DNA of 64,000 bases from an uncultured virus (IMG/VR IMGVR_UViG_3300021963_000039). Taxonomy: Duplodnaviria > Heunggongvirae > Uroviricota > Caudoviricetes. The DNA lies in IMG/VR virus record IMGVR_UViG_3300021963_000039. One strand, given 5' to 3'. The notes under the pieces were generated by a model. It made no database searches and had not been told where the DNA came from. It was given only the letters and a program-made list of their open reading frames with translations. Numbering within the stretch: position 1 is the first letter of the stretch; each line of letters opens with the position of its first letter. Positions 56,649 to 64,000 of the stretch are shown here, in pieces. A program made the position numbers and the translations under genes.

Positions 56649-56750
56649 TCTTCTCTAATCGGGTGACATAAGTATTTATACAAGAAAGGAGCACCGAAGC
56701 ACTCCAATCTAACCTGAAAAGTGTCACCCGATCAGGCATTTGTATTTATT
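56649..56750 (-). ncRNA. Putative antisense sRNA/leader cassette G
   Basis: ATAAATA, CCUGA[UCGGGUGACACUUU]UCAGG, terminator-like hairpin, TATAAATA, X' UGUCACCCGAUUAG. Confidence 0.65.
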
Positions 56751-56755
56751 ACCAA

Positions 56756-57085
56756 TCAGTCAAGATAATTTTTAAGGGATTCAATAGTTTGTTTCATATT
56801 ACCAAAGAGAATACTCATATCAGTATCTTGGGCGAATCCCATAATGACAACTGACTTCTTTAGATTTTCTCTGATTTCAATTGCTTCCGGATCATCAGAT
56901 AATGATATTCTCGTATACATAATCTGCTGTTTTTCGAGAAGTTCCGTCATTTTATTAATATGTTCTATTTTTTCTTCACGAGGACCCATAGTAAATGAAA
57001 ACAGACTCTCATAAAGAGTTTCTGAAAGTTCATTAATTTCTTTTAGTTCTTTCTGAACCAGTTCAGAATTAAAAAAATTACTCAT
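56756..57085 (-). CDS. DUF1825-like conserved cyanophage protein
   Basis: FF.SE.VQ.E, L.EKQ...Y.R..LSDDPEA; start MSNFF. Confidence 0.7.
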   Translation of the reverse strand: MSNFFNSELVQKELKEINELSETLYESLFSFTMGPREEKIEHINKMTELLEKQQIMYTRISLSDDPEAIEIRENLKKSVVIMGFAQDTDMSILFGNMKQTIESLKNYLD

Positions 57086-57674
57086 TAATAATGTCCCGCA
57101 ATAGTTTTTTATAATAGAATATATCAATATGTATAAAAGGTTTATATTTTTTAATTTTAAGAGATGTCATTTCCCATATAGGGTCTATAAGTTTTTTATC
57201 ATACTCTTTAGAAAATGAAAATATTGTATCATATATTACCATATTCTCAATTGATATATCATTTCTTAAGAATGTCTTTAGAATAATTGGATGACCCTTC
57301 GAGCAGTCGAAGACACTTTTTAATTCTTTCCCCGAGAATAATGCCGTTGATTGTTCTTTGAATAAGTAGGTTAAACTCTGCTGTCGGCGCATCCATTCTG
57401 CGTATGTTCTTTCGCCAGAATTGATAATGTGTCCGATCCATATGCTCTGGGGATTGTCTGCCGCTATAAAGTTTGATACTAAAAAATCTACAATTTCTTT
57501 GTCATTATATTTTCTTGATGTTTTCTCGAAAAAATAACGATCTTTTCTACGAAGAAAAGAACTTTCTGATGCCCTAACCTTTTTATTATACAAGAAGTAA
57601 TCGTAATTTACATTACTAAAATGTGATTTTTGGGAAAGGTATTCAACATAAACTTGATAGGGTGTCACCTTCAA
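57078..57674 (-). CDS. gp59: Helicase loader gp59
   Basis: Y..YL..K.HF...YDYF.Y, RKDRYFFEK.S, F.VSNF, KI.KY.PF. Confidence 0.88.
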   Translation of the reverse strand: MKVTPYQVYVEYLSQKSHFSNVNYDYFLYNKKVRASESSFLRRKDRYFFEKTSRKYNDKEIVDFLVSNFIAADNPQSIWIGHIINSGERTYAEWMRRQQSLTYLFKEQSTALFSGKELKSVFDCSKGHPIILKTFLRNDISIENMVIYDTIFSFSKEYDKKLIDPIWEMTSLKIKKYKPFIHIDIFYYKKLLRDIINE

Positions 57675-57697
57675 AGTGCTACATTATAACTCTATGT

Positions 57698-57726
57698 ATT
57701 ATAGCAGGAACTCTGGTTCTAGTCAA
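57698..57726 (-). promoter_or_regulatory. sigma70 promoter of gp59
   Basis: TTGACT-17 nt-TATAAT; -35 overlaps the endonuclease H stop. Confidence 0.75.
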
Positions 57727-58385
57727 GACTCCGGATCCAGAGGAGCATTCTCAAGGTTTTTCATTATGTCACGCTGTCTTTGATATTCTATTAATTTTTC
57801 TCTATTTTTTTGATAATACTGTCTATGATATTCTCTTAATTTTTCTTTATTTTTTATTCGATATTGTTTTTGAATTTCTTTTATTGTTTCTTTATTTTTT
57901 TCTCTATACTTTTTATTACATTCCTTTTTTGTTTTACTATTCCTCCCCTTTTCATTTAGTTTTTCTCTATTATTATCCGCATATTTTTTCTTATTTTTTA
58001 TCACTCTTTCTTTATTTCTTTCCACCCATTTTCTTTGTGTTTCTTTTCCTTTTTCGGACTGTTGATATTTTTTTAACGCTTCAATTCTTAATTTTTCTTT
58101 TTCTTCTTGAGTTCTTATTAAACTTGATCTATTTCTTCCACCAATACTTCTGTTAATAAGAATACCACCCTCACTTTTTCTTTTATATACGGATATTAAC
58201 CACTCTTCAAATAAATAACTTTCTTCTTCATTATCAAAATATTTAACTATTACTATTCTATCCTTTGGCGGAGGAGAAATCCATCTTTTTCCCCAAGTAT
58301 GTTTTACATATGCTCTATATTCTTTACCCTTACCAACATAATAAGGAGTTCTATTCTCTCTTACCCAGAGATAAACGTAATACAT
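57723..58385 (-). CDS. Free-standing GIY-YIG endonuclease H with helical K/R/E repeats
   Basis: YYVYLWVRENRTPYYVGKG, E..LI, L.N...GG; (K)YxxxNxE repeats; start MYYVY. Confidence 0.75.
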   Translation of the reverse strand: MYYVYLWVRENRTPYYVGKGKEYRAYVKHTWGKRWISPPPKDRIVIVKYFDNEEESYLFEEWLISVYKRKSEGGILINRSIGGRNRSSLIRTQEEKEKLRIEALKKYQQSEKGKETQRKWVERNKERVIKNKKKYADNNREKLNEKGRNSKTKKECNKKYREKNKETIKEIQKQYRIKNKEKLREYHRQYYQKNREKLIEYQRQRDIMKNLENAPLDPES

Positions 58386-58487
58386 TTCTACTCTTAACTT
58401 AGGTGACATAAGTATTTATACAAGAAAAGGGCAACAATTGCCCTCTTCTACCTGAAAAGTGTCACCTAAGTCAGGCACCATTATTTA
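58386..58487 (-). ncRNA. Putative antisense sRNA/leader cassette H
   Basis: TAAATA, CCUGA[CUUAGGUGACACUUU]UCAGG, GGGCAA/TTGCCC terminator, TATAAATA, X' UGUCACCUAAGUUA. Confidence 0.65.
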
Positions 58488-58494
58488 GTTGACA

Positions 58495-58824
58495 TCAGAT
58501 AGGCAATTTGGCTTTCGAAGTTTTCTTCATAAAATTAAGATTCATCGCATCATACTTTAATCTATCTTTTAATGGTTTTGAGATCAGTTTAGTTACTGAT
58601 TCGATTTCAATATTATTTTGTTCGCAAAACATAATAATCGCATCGATATAATTACATTTTTCCTCAACAACTATATTCTCAATTTCGAGTGAAAACTTGG
58701 ATGGAGAAAGAAACTTTTCATTAATTTGCTTTTCTAATTGCTCGTTATATTTTTCTAAATCTGGGGGATCTAATTTCATGTTTTCTATTTTAATCTCTAA
58801 AAGACTTTCCAAAATGTTTGGCAT
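58495..58824 (-). CDS. gp33: Late transcription coactivator gp33
   Basis: KF..EIE.IV....NYIDAI..FCE.N.IE.E...KLISKPLK..LK.DA..LNF. Confidence 0.9.
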   Translation of the reverse strand: MPNILESLLEIKIENMKLDPPDLEKYNEQLEKQINEKFLSPSKFSLEIENIVVEEKCNYIDAIIMFCEQNNIEIESVTKLISKPLKDRLKYDAMNLNFMKKTSKAKLPI

Positions 58825-58866
58825 AATTTAATGTATTTTATATTTAGTATAACTTAAAATAATGTA

Positions 58867-59547
58867 TTAGTCAACCCCCATGAGTTCAAGTTTATCATTC
58901 ACAAACTTTTTGATATACTTAACCACTAATTTCATATATTTTTTTAGGTCACTTTCTTCATAGACAACGGACTCACCATCTTCACATGCCATAATAATCA
59001 CAAGTTTCTTAATTGGAGTTCCCGTCATTTCATAATATGCCATACCATAAAACATCGCTTGGACGAAATAATTCTCAATCCACTCTCTTGGTTTTGGTTT
59101 TTTAGAAGTCTTAAAGTCAATTACAGCGAGTTCACCATCATATTCGGCAATACAATCCGTTGTTCCGGCAACTCCAAGTTGGAGACTATAAAGTGGTCCT
59201 TCGAGGCAGTGGATATTATTAATTTTATTCAGTTCCGCCTTCGCAATCTTAAAAAGAAAATCCGGCAAAGGCGGAACTGACGGCAGAGTTTTATTATAAA
59301 GGTAGTTTTCCACAAGAGAATGCATATCCGTGCCACGAGAAGTAGCCGCTTTAGTGATCTTTTGCGCCTCTTCCTCACCAACCCTTTTACGCCATTTGAC
59401 AAATATTTCACGATTAAAATGACTAGTAACAGAGGTGATTGAAACTAATTTTAGAACCTGATTTTCTTTAGGAATTGAATAATAACGAACTCCATCAATT
59501 GTTTCTCTTTCGAGTTTTGGCAATTCAACATCAAGATGATTAAACAT
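58867..59547 (-). CDS. PD-(D/E)XK exonuclease (cyanophage type)
   Basis: SITSV, RGT.MH, AGT.DCIAEYDG, IDFKTS, YFVQ. Confidence 0.88.
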   Translation of the reverse strand: MFNHLDVELPKLERETIDGVRYYSIPKENQVLKLVSITSVTSHFNREIFVKWRKRVGEEEAQKITKAATSRGTDMHSLVENYLYNKTLPSVPPLPDFLFKIAKAELNKINNIHCLEGPLYSLQLGVAGTTDCIAEYDGELAVIDFKTSKKPKPREWIENYFVQAMFYGMAYYEMTGTPIKKLVIIMACEDGESVVYEESDLKKYMKLVVKYIKKFVNDKLELMGVD

Positions 59548-59572
59548 TATAATTCTCGTTTTTTATATTATA

Positions 59573-60325
59573 TCACAGACCAAGTGATTTTTTCGCAATT
59601 ACAAACTCTTTAACTAAATTTGATCTTACAATATCATCAATACCAAACTCAAGTTTTTCAAAAGAAGGCATCGCCTCAATTACACGAATAAAATCAATAA
59701 TTCCGGTTTTTTCACTTGCTCTAGTTAAATCACTCTGTTCGATGTCTCCCGAAAACATAATTTTAGTATCCTCACCACATCTTGAAATTACAGAAAAGCT
59801 CTCGTGGGCTGAACAATTTTGTGCCTCATCTACAATAATGATTGAATTGTCTAAAGTAATTCCACGAATAAAAGAAGTACACCAGAATGAAATTGTATTC
59901 TGTGACTTTAGATTTCCATAAAGCATCTCAAAATCTACATCACTCGGCATCTGGAACATATATTTTACCATATTCTTATATGGTATTTCAAATAATGATT
60001 TCTTATCGTCCTCTCCGCCGGGCATAAATCCAATTTCTCTAGTTTGAACTAAAGAACGAACGATATAAATCTTTTCATAGGGAGTAGTTTCGTCAAGAAC
60101 ATCTTTAAGTGCCTTATAAAGAAGGCAAAAAGTTTTACCAGAACCAGGAACACCGTGAGCGAAAATATTTTTTCCCTCATCATAATACTTGAATAGAAGT
60201 TTTTGATTTTCTGTAAGAGGGTCAATATCAACCAGATAATCCAAACTAATCGGTTTTTTACGCTTCGCTTGTTTTGCTGTAAGACCAACACCGATTGGTT
60301 GATCTGATTTTCTTCTTCTTGCCAT
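59573..60325 (-). CDS. phoH: PhoH-family ATPase
   Basis: G.PGSGKT, EIGF.PG, SFIRG.T, IVDEAQN, GD..QSDL, DIVRS. Confidence 0.95.
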   Translation of the reverse strand: MARRRKSDQPIGVGLTAKQAKRKKPISLDYLVDIDPLTENQKLLFKYYDEGKNIFAHGVPGSGKTFCLLYKALKDVLDETTPYEKIYIVRSLVQTREIGFMPGGEDDKKSLFEIPYKNMVKYMFQMPSDVDFEMLYGNLKSQNTISFWCTSFIRGITLDNSIIIVDEAQNCSAHESFSVISRCGEDTKIMFSGDIEQSDLTRASEKTGIIDFIRVIEAMPSFEKLEFGIDDIVRSNLVKEFVIAKKSLGL

Positions 60326-60331
60326 AAGTGG

Positions 60332-60574
60332 TTAGAGTTTTTTTACAGTTGATCCGGGCATTTTCTGAGCACGACCAAGTACTTCATTCCACGAAGGGTG
60401 CTTGGCGGTTAATTTATCCCGCCAATCCCCCGCTTCTCCAACATTCATTTGTGTTGGAATAAGAGGTTTAATATAAGGATTTTCTTTGAGATATGGTTCT
60501 TTTTCTGCCATATACATCCATTTCTCGAAGATTTCTCCTGTTTCTGTATTCTCAAATCTATAAGTCGGGCACAT
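60332..60574 (-). CDS. Conserved small protein (PTY.F N-terminus, FmdB-like)
   Basis: PTYRFEN..TGE..E...; position next to phoH. Confidence 0.65.
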   Translation of the reverse strand: MCPTYRFENTETGEIFEKWMYMAEKEPYLKENPYIKPLIPTQMNVGEAGDWRDKLTAKHPSWNEVLGRAQKMPGSTVKKL

Positions 60575-60698
60575 AAGGTATAATAATTTACAAAATATTT
60601 AGGGATATATTAATTTATTTTTTTCCAAAGATATTTAATTTATTCCCCAAATAAGATATTCAATTGTACCATATCAATTTAATTAAAGCAAGGGAACT

Positions 60699-60799
60699 AA
60701 TAAATAACTATACCTGTGTGGTTCGCATCTATCAGGAGGAAGAGGTGCTTCGGCACCTTTTCTTGTATAAATAGTATTGCGAACCATAACAGAGTAGAA
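60699..60799 (+). ncRNA. Putative antisense sRNA/leader cassette I
   Basis: ATAAATA, CCUG[UGUGGUUCGCAUCUAU]CAGG, AGGTGC-TTCG-GCACCT-TTT, TATAAATA, X' UGCGAACCAUAACAG. Confidence 0.7.
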
Positions 60800-61489
60800 A
60801 TGTATTACTACACCTACGCATATTTGCGGAAAGATAGAACTCCCTATTATATTGGAAAAGGTAGTGGGAGAAGAATTTATGGGAATAAAGGAAGACCTTG
60901 CGAGAAACCAAAAGATAAATCAAGAATAATCTTTTTGAAGCAGAACCTAACAGAGGAAGAAGCATTTAAGCACGAAATCTATATGATTGCTGTGTTTGGA
61001 AGGAAAGATTTGGGAACTGGTATTCTCTATAATAAAAGTGATGGGGGTGAAGGAAATTCTGGTTATAAGCATACAGAAAAAAATAAAGAAAAATTCAAAG
61101 AGTATGGTAAAATATATGGCAAAATAGGTGGAAAAAAATGCTACGAATTAGGTTTAGGAACTTTTTCTAGAACAAAAGAACAAATGACTGAAGATGGTAA
61201 AAAAGGTGGAAGTATAGGGGGAACAAAATCTAAAAAACTTGGATTGGGTATTCACGGATTATCAAAACAAGAAATAATAGAAAATGGTAAAAAAGGTGGA
61301 AATATAACAGGAGAAAAAAATATGAAAGAATTTGTTGTTTTATCGCCATCAGGAGAAGTCATTAAAGGAAAAAATATTAAATTATTTTGTAAAGAAAACA
61401 ATTTAAATCAAGGAAACTTCAGTAATGTTATTCTCGGCAAAAGAAAGTCCCACAAAGGATATACTCTTTATGGAACTTCTTCGTCATAA
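60800..61489 (+). CDS. Free-standing GIY-YIG endonuclease I
   Basis: YTYAYLRKDRTPYYIGKG, HE.YMI, L.N.SDGGEG; two GLG repeats; start MYYYT. Confidence 0.8.
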   Translation: MYYYTYAYLRKDRTPYYIGKGSGRRIYGNKGRPCEKPKDKSRIIFLKQNLTEEEAFKHEIYMIAVFGRKDLGTGILYNKSDGGEGNSGYKHTEKNKEKFKEYGKIYGKIGGKKCYELGLGTFSRTKEQMTEDGKKGGSIGGTKSKKLGLGIHGLSKQEIIENGKKGGNITGEKNMKEFVVLSPSGEVIKGKNIKLFCKENNLNQGNFSNVILGKRKSHKGYTLYGTSSS

Positions 61490-61513
61490 CTATTTAAAAT
61501 ATTTAAATATATT

Positions 61514-62269
61514 TTAAGGTGAAAGTTTTGCTTTATACAATCTTTTTTCTTCATAGTAACTAAAGATTTCTGGAACCCATTCTTTCATTACAGGAGAAAT
61601 TCCGTGACATAATGCTTGGATTTCTACTTGAGCGTCTAACTTTGCTCTTAAGTCCAGAAAGTGTAGGGCAGAGCGAAGAGAGAATGTAACCACAAAGTTC
61701 TGGCGAATATTTTGAGGAAGATAGTCTCTCAAATGTTCTTCTGCCATACCCCGAGTATTATAACCCTCCGCATACCTCTCAGATGCCGCCAGACAGAACT
61801 TTAACTGCCTTTCGTAGTCATTCCTCGTCCATTCATACTTGTGCCCTTTACGGTCAAGGTAGAGACCTTCTGGACGCACATAGAAAACCTCTTCGGGTTT
61901 AAGTTCTCCTATAGCAACCTTCAGTACGCGACGACCGGTATATCTTTGCGATTGTACGTCAAAAGAAACTCCAATACGATGAGTTCTTGCCTGAACCATT
62001 ACATTATGAACAAACCCAACACAATCCAAAGTAATGGAAGGATGCTCTAGTGGTCCCCAGTGCCCTCTTTCGTTCGCAAGTAGTTGCTCCACCGCCCACT
62101 CACCACATTCCTTCTCATTTGGTGGAAACTTGGTGTGAATAGGGTCTTCACTATAATCATTTTTACCCGCCTGCCATACAAGAGTTTGTGGAAGTTGTGT
62201 CTGTCGGATCATCACAACCTGCATGCGATGATCCAGTTCCAGAAGGTCTTTTGCTTTAATCGGTTTCAT
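61514..62269 (-). CDS. thyX: Flavin-dependent thymidylate synthase
   Basis: GHWGPLEH, RTHR...SFDVQSQRY, E..R.YLP, FLDLR....AQ.EI. Confidence 0.93.
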   Translation of the reverse strand: MKPIKAKDLLELDHRMQVVMIRQTQLPQTLVWQAGKNDYSEDPIHTKFPPNEKECGEWAVEQLLANERGHWGPLEHPSITLDCVGFVHNVMVQARTHRIGVSFDVQSQRYTGRRVLKVAIGELKPEEVFYVRPEGLYLDRKGHKYEWTRNDYERQLKFCLAASERYAEGYNTRGMAEEHLRDYLPQNIRQNFVVTFSLRSALHFLDLRAKLDAQVEIQALCHGISPVMKEWVPEIFSYYEEKRLYKAKLSP

Positions 62270-62430
62270 TTTCCAAATCCTTTTGATGTTTTTGTCTCAA
62301 TAATTGCGAGTTCTTCCTTAATCACCCGCAATTGTGATTTCATTTGTTTCAGTTGTTCGTCACTATAAAGATGATCCTGTCTAATCAGTTTCTCTAAAAG
62401 TTTTACCAGTTGCCGTGCTCTCTTACTCAT
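62266..62430 (-). CDS. Small hypothetical protein (54 aa)
   Basis: Manual translation MSKRARQLVKLLEKLIRQDHLY...SKGFGK. Confidence 0.6.
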   Translation of the reverse strand: MSKRARQLVKLLEKLIRQDHLYSDEQLKQMKSQLRVIKEELAIIETKTSKGFGK

Positions 62431-62573
62431 TCTCCAAAAACCTCATCATAATCTTCTTCTAATGGAACAATATCAGATATTTTATATGTCTCGTCGGTTA
62501 AAATCTCTACCTTAAGGCTATCGAGAAGAAGTTCCATATTTCTCAAAATCAATTTAATTTTATCTCTATCCAT
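62427..62573 (-). CDS. Small hypothetical protein (48 aa)
   Basis: MDRDKIKLILRNMELLLDSLK.E...DYDEVF. Confidence 0.6.
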   Translation of the reverse strand: MDRDKIKLILRNMELLLDSLKVEILTDETYKISDIVPLEEDYDEVFGE

Positions 62574-62595
62574 TTAACGAGTTCATACTGTTCCT

Positions 62596-62633
62596 ATTAT
62601 ACAAAAAAAGAGAGAATTAGTCAATTCTCTCTT
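62596..62633 (-). promoter_or_regulatory. sigma70 promoter overlapping a terminator hairpin
   Basis: TTGACT-17 nt-TATAAT (62596-62624) within AAGAGAGAATT/AATTCTCTCTT. Confidence 0.7.
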
Positions 62634-62687
62634 AAAAAACCTTTTGGGGCAAAATTTTTGGGGAGATTTTTTCGCCCTTCTGGGAAA

Positions 62688-63056
62688 TCACTTTCGCCTT
62701 TTTCTTTCGGCTGGTTTATAACCCCACGATCTTGGATTTATTTTTCCACATCCAAAATCAATTTTTTTAATCACTCCGGCACCAAACTTATCATAATACA
62801 TATCAAAGATACTTACTCTCTTTCCTCTACATAAGTCCAGATGCTTTTTGCCATCAATTTCATAAAATACAATATAGGCATCACTTGGATAATTAGGAGA
62901 CCTCACATCATCAACCGAACCATCAGAAACTAATACCTCACAACTATATTGTGGTGGAAGTGATTTTTGTTCTTCAGGGGACCAGTTCATTAGTGTTTCC
63001 GTATTTTTTGCTCTCTCAACTACATCACGAAGCCTACTCACGAACGACCTCCCCAT
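62688..63056 (-). CDS. Conserved cyanophage hypothetical protein (start uncertain)
   Basis: P.DAY.V.Y, DL.RG, IFD.YYD motifs. Confidence 0.65.
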   Translation of the reverse strand: MGRSFVSRLRDVVERAKNTETLMNWSPEEQKSLPPQYSCEVLVSDGSVDDVRSPNYPSDAYIVFYEIDGKKHLDLCRGKRVSIFDMYYDKFGAGVIKKIDFGCGKINPRSWGYKPAERKRRK

Positions 63057-63634
63057 TTAATATCGGGATATGCCTGTGAGACAATCTCTTTTGTTATCTT
63101 ATATTTAGTTTCGAGTTTCTTATCTTTAACGAGAAAAAGGATTTCTGCCTCAAGAGGATGAAGACCTTCGAGAACATTAATAAACATCGTTTCTCTACGA
63201 AGAGAACTCAATCCATCATTTCCACCCTTGATGAAATTATAAAACTTTGTATATTCTTTGCGAATTGAAGAACGTCCCTGATCCTGTGATCCAAGTGATC
63301 GGGAATTAAGTTCTTCCATTTTACCAACGGCATCTTCAATTTTGCCGGATAGTGTTCCACTAAAAGAACCTTGTTCTCCAACACTGGAGTAAGGAACAAT
63401 TCCATCGGGAAGAGCTGATTTAATACTCTCATCAAAGTTCCAAATCAAAATGGACTTTAATGATGGGTCTTCATATCGCTGAAGAACCTCAACTTTCTTT
63501 AAGTTAGTTCTTTGTTTTGATACAAGAGTAAGAACTTCAAAGACAAATGGATTTGCCGGAAGACTATCAACCGCTGGTACGGATTGTGATACCTTTGGTT
63601 TTGTAACTGGTGTTTTTGCTTTTGTCGCGGTCAT
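63038..63634 (-). CDS. Conserved T4-like hypothetical protein
   Basis: WNFD....S.LP.G.VPY, RRETMFI..LEGLHP.EAEIL..VKD. Confidence 0.75.
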   Translation of the reverse strand: MTATKAKTPVTKPKVSQSVPAVDSLPANPFVFEVLTLVSKQRTNLKKVEVLQRYEDPSLKSILIWNFDESIKSALPDGIVPYSSVGEQGSFSGTLSGKIEDAVGKMEELNSRSLGSQDQGRSSIRKEYTKFYNFIKGGNDGLSSLRRETMFINVLEGLHPLEAEILFLVKDKKLETKYKITKEIVSQAYPDIKWGGRS

Positions 63635-63673
63635 AGTTATTTTATTAAATAATAAGTTGAAAATATTTAGTGA

Positions 63674-63943
63674 TTATTCTTCATCATCATCGTCGTCATC
63701 GTCGTCATCATTAAACAGACCTCCATATTCTTGTTGAAATCCTTCATAAAAATCTGGTGAAACACTTAAAGAAACCACTTCATCAGCGATCAAGTTTCCG
63801 TCTTTATCAAAGAGTTCTGGATGCTGTCTGGGTATCTCACGATAATTCATCATATATTCTCTGGAAACCCATCCAACCATTATTCCCACAACAAAAAACA
63901 TTATGATAATGAACGAACCGAAAACTAAACTTGTAGCTAACAT
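63674..63943 (-). CDS. Membrane protein with acidic tail
   Basis: TM helix, HPELFD.DGN, poly-Asp. Confidence 0.65.
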   Translation of the reverse strand: MLATSLVFGSFIIIMFFVVGIMVGWVSREYMMNYREIPRQHPELFDKDGNLIADEVVSLSVSPDFYEGFQQEYGGLFNDDDDDDDDDEE

Positions 63944-64000
63944 TTGTTTTCTCCGGTGAGGAAGTTATTCGATCTTACGAGTTTTGATCGATAATTCAAA

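Noticed and set aside
57623..58156. 177-aa + strand ORF and similar Phe/Leu-rich antisense ORFs (e.g. 21602-21971, 22943-23287, 56020-56379)
   Set aside because: Shadow frames of Lys/Glu-rich minus-strand genes.
58867..59547. Cas4 / CRISPR adaptation gene
   Set aside because: Ordinary cyanophage exonuclease next to phoH; lacks the Cas4 C-terminal Cys cluster and any cas context.
15538..60799. Cassettes as transposon terminal inverted repeats or as guide RNAs for external targets
   Set aside because: X and X' both lie on one side of the gene and no transposase is present. I saw no match of X elsewhere in the window by eye, so a guide role is unsupported, though not formally excluded.
14824..61489. 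Group I introns or inteins hosting the endonucleases
   Set aside because: Flanking genes are intact with their own stops, and no intron core or intein motifs were recognised.
63680..63712. TCA/TCG microsatellite
   Set aside because: Encodes the poly-Asp tail of a membrane protein.
1..64000. CRISPR array
   Set aside because: No regularly spaced identical repeats with unique spacers; the repeats present are dispersed promoter motifs and nuclease cassettes.
1..64000. Stop-codon reassignment
   Set aside because: Core genes are full length in the standard code and no suppressor anticodon is present; the gp26 TAG is better explained by a frameshift or TTG restart.

Overview
A 64-kb segment of an AT-rich T4-like cyanophage (cyanomyovirus; freshwater origin is a guess). 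Almost all genes are on the minus strand. 1-28 kb is an early/accessory region: dozens of small ORFs behind a repeated early-promoter motif, plus CP12, a GT2-like glycosyltransferase, an HExxH peptidase, an MTase + PD-(D/E)XK nuclease pair, an RNA-repair set (RNA ligase 1, split Pnk kinase and phosphatase, metallophosphoesterase) and an SF2 helicase. 28-55 kb holds tail fibre/spike, gp38-like adhesin, three tRNA(-like) genes and baseplate genes (gp5, hub proteins, gp51, gp26, gp4, gp48, gp53). 55-64 kb holds gp32, gp59, gp33, an exonuclease, phoH and thyX. The most striking signal is nine free-standing GIY-YIG/Seg-like endonuclease genes. Eight are preceded by the same ~100-nt architecture: late promoter, stem-loop carrying segment X, intrinsic terminator, second late promoter, leader X', ATG. 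The ninth has a variant. X and X' differ between paralogues but stay complementary through compensatory and G-U changes, suggesting one dedicated antisense small RNA per nuclease. Other highlights are variable 26-aa repeat arrays in these nucleases, an orphaned helicase 3' end behind one of them, a likely -1 frameshift joining gp26 to gp51, an atypical long-variable-arm tRNA(UAU), and several cassette-swap scars. All calls come from reading the sequence; no searches were run.
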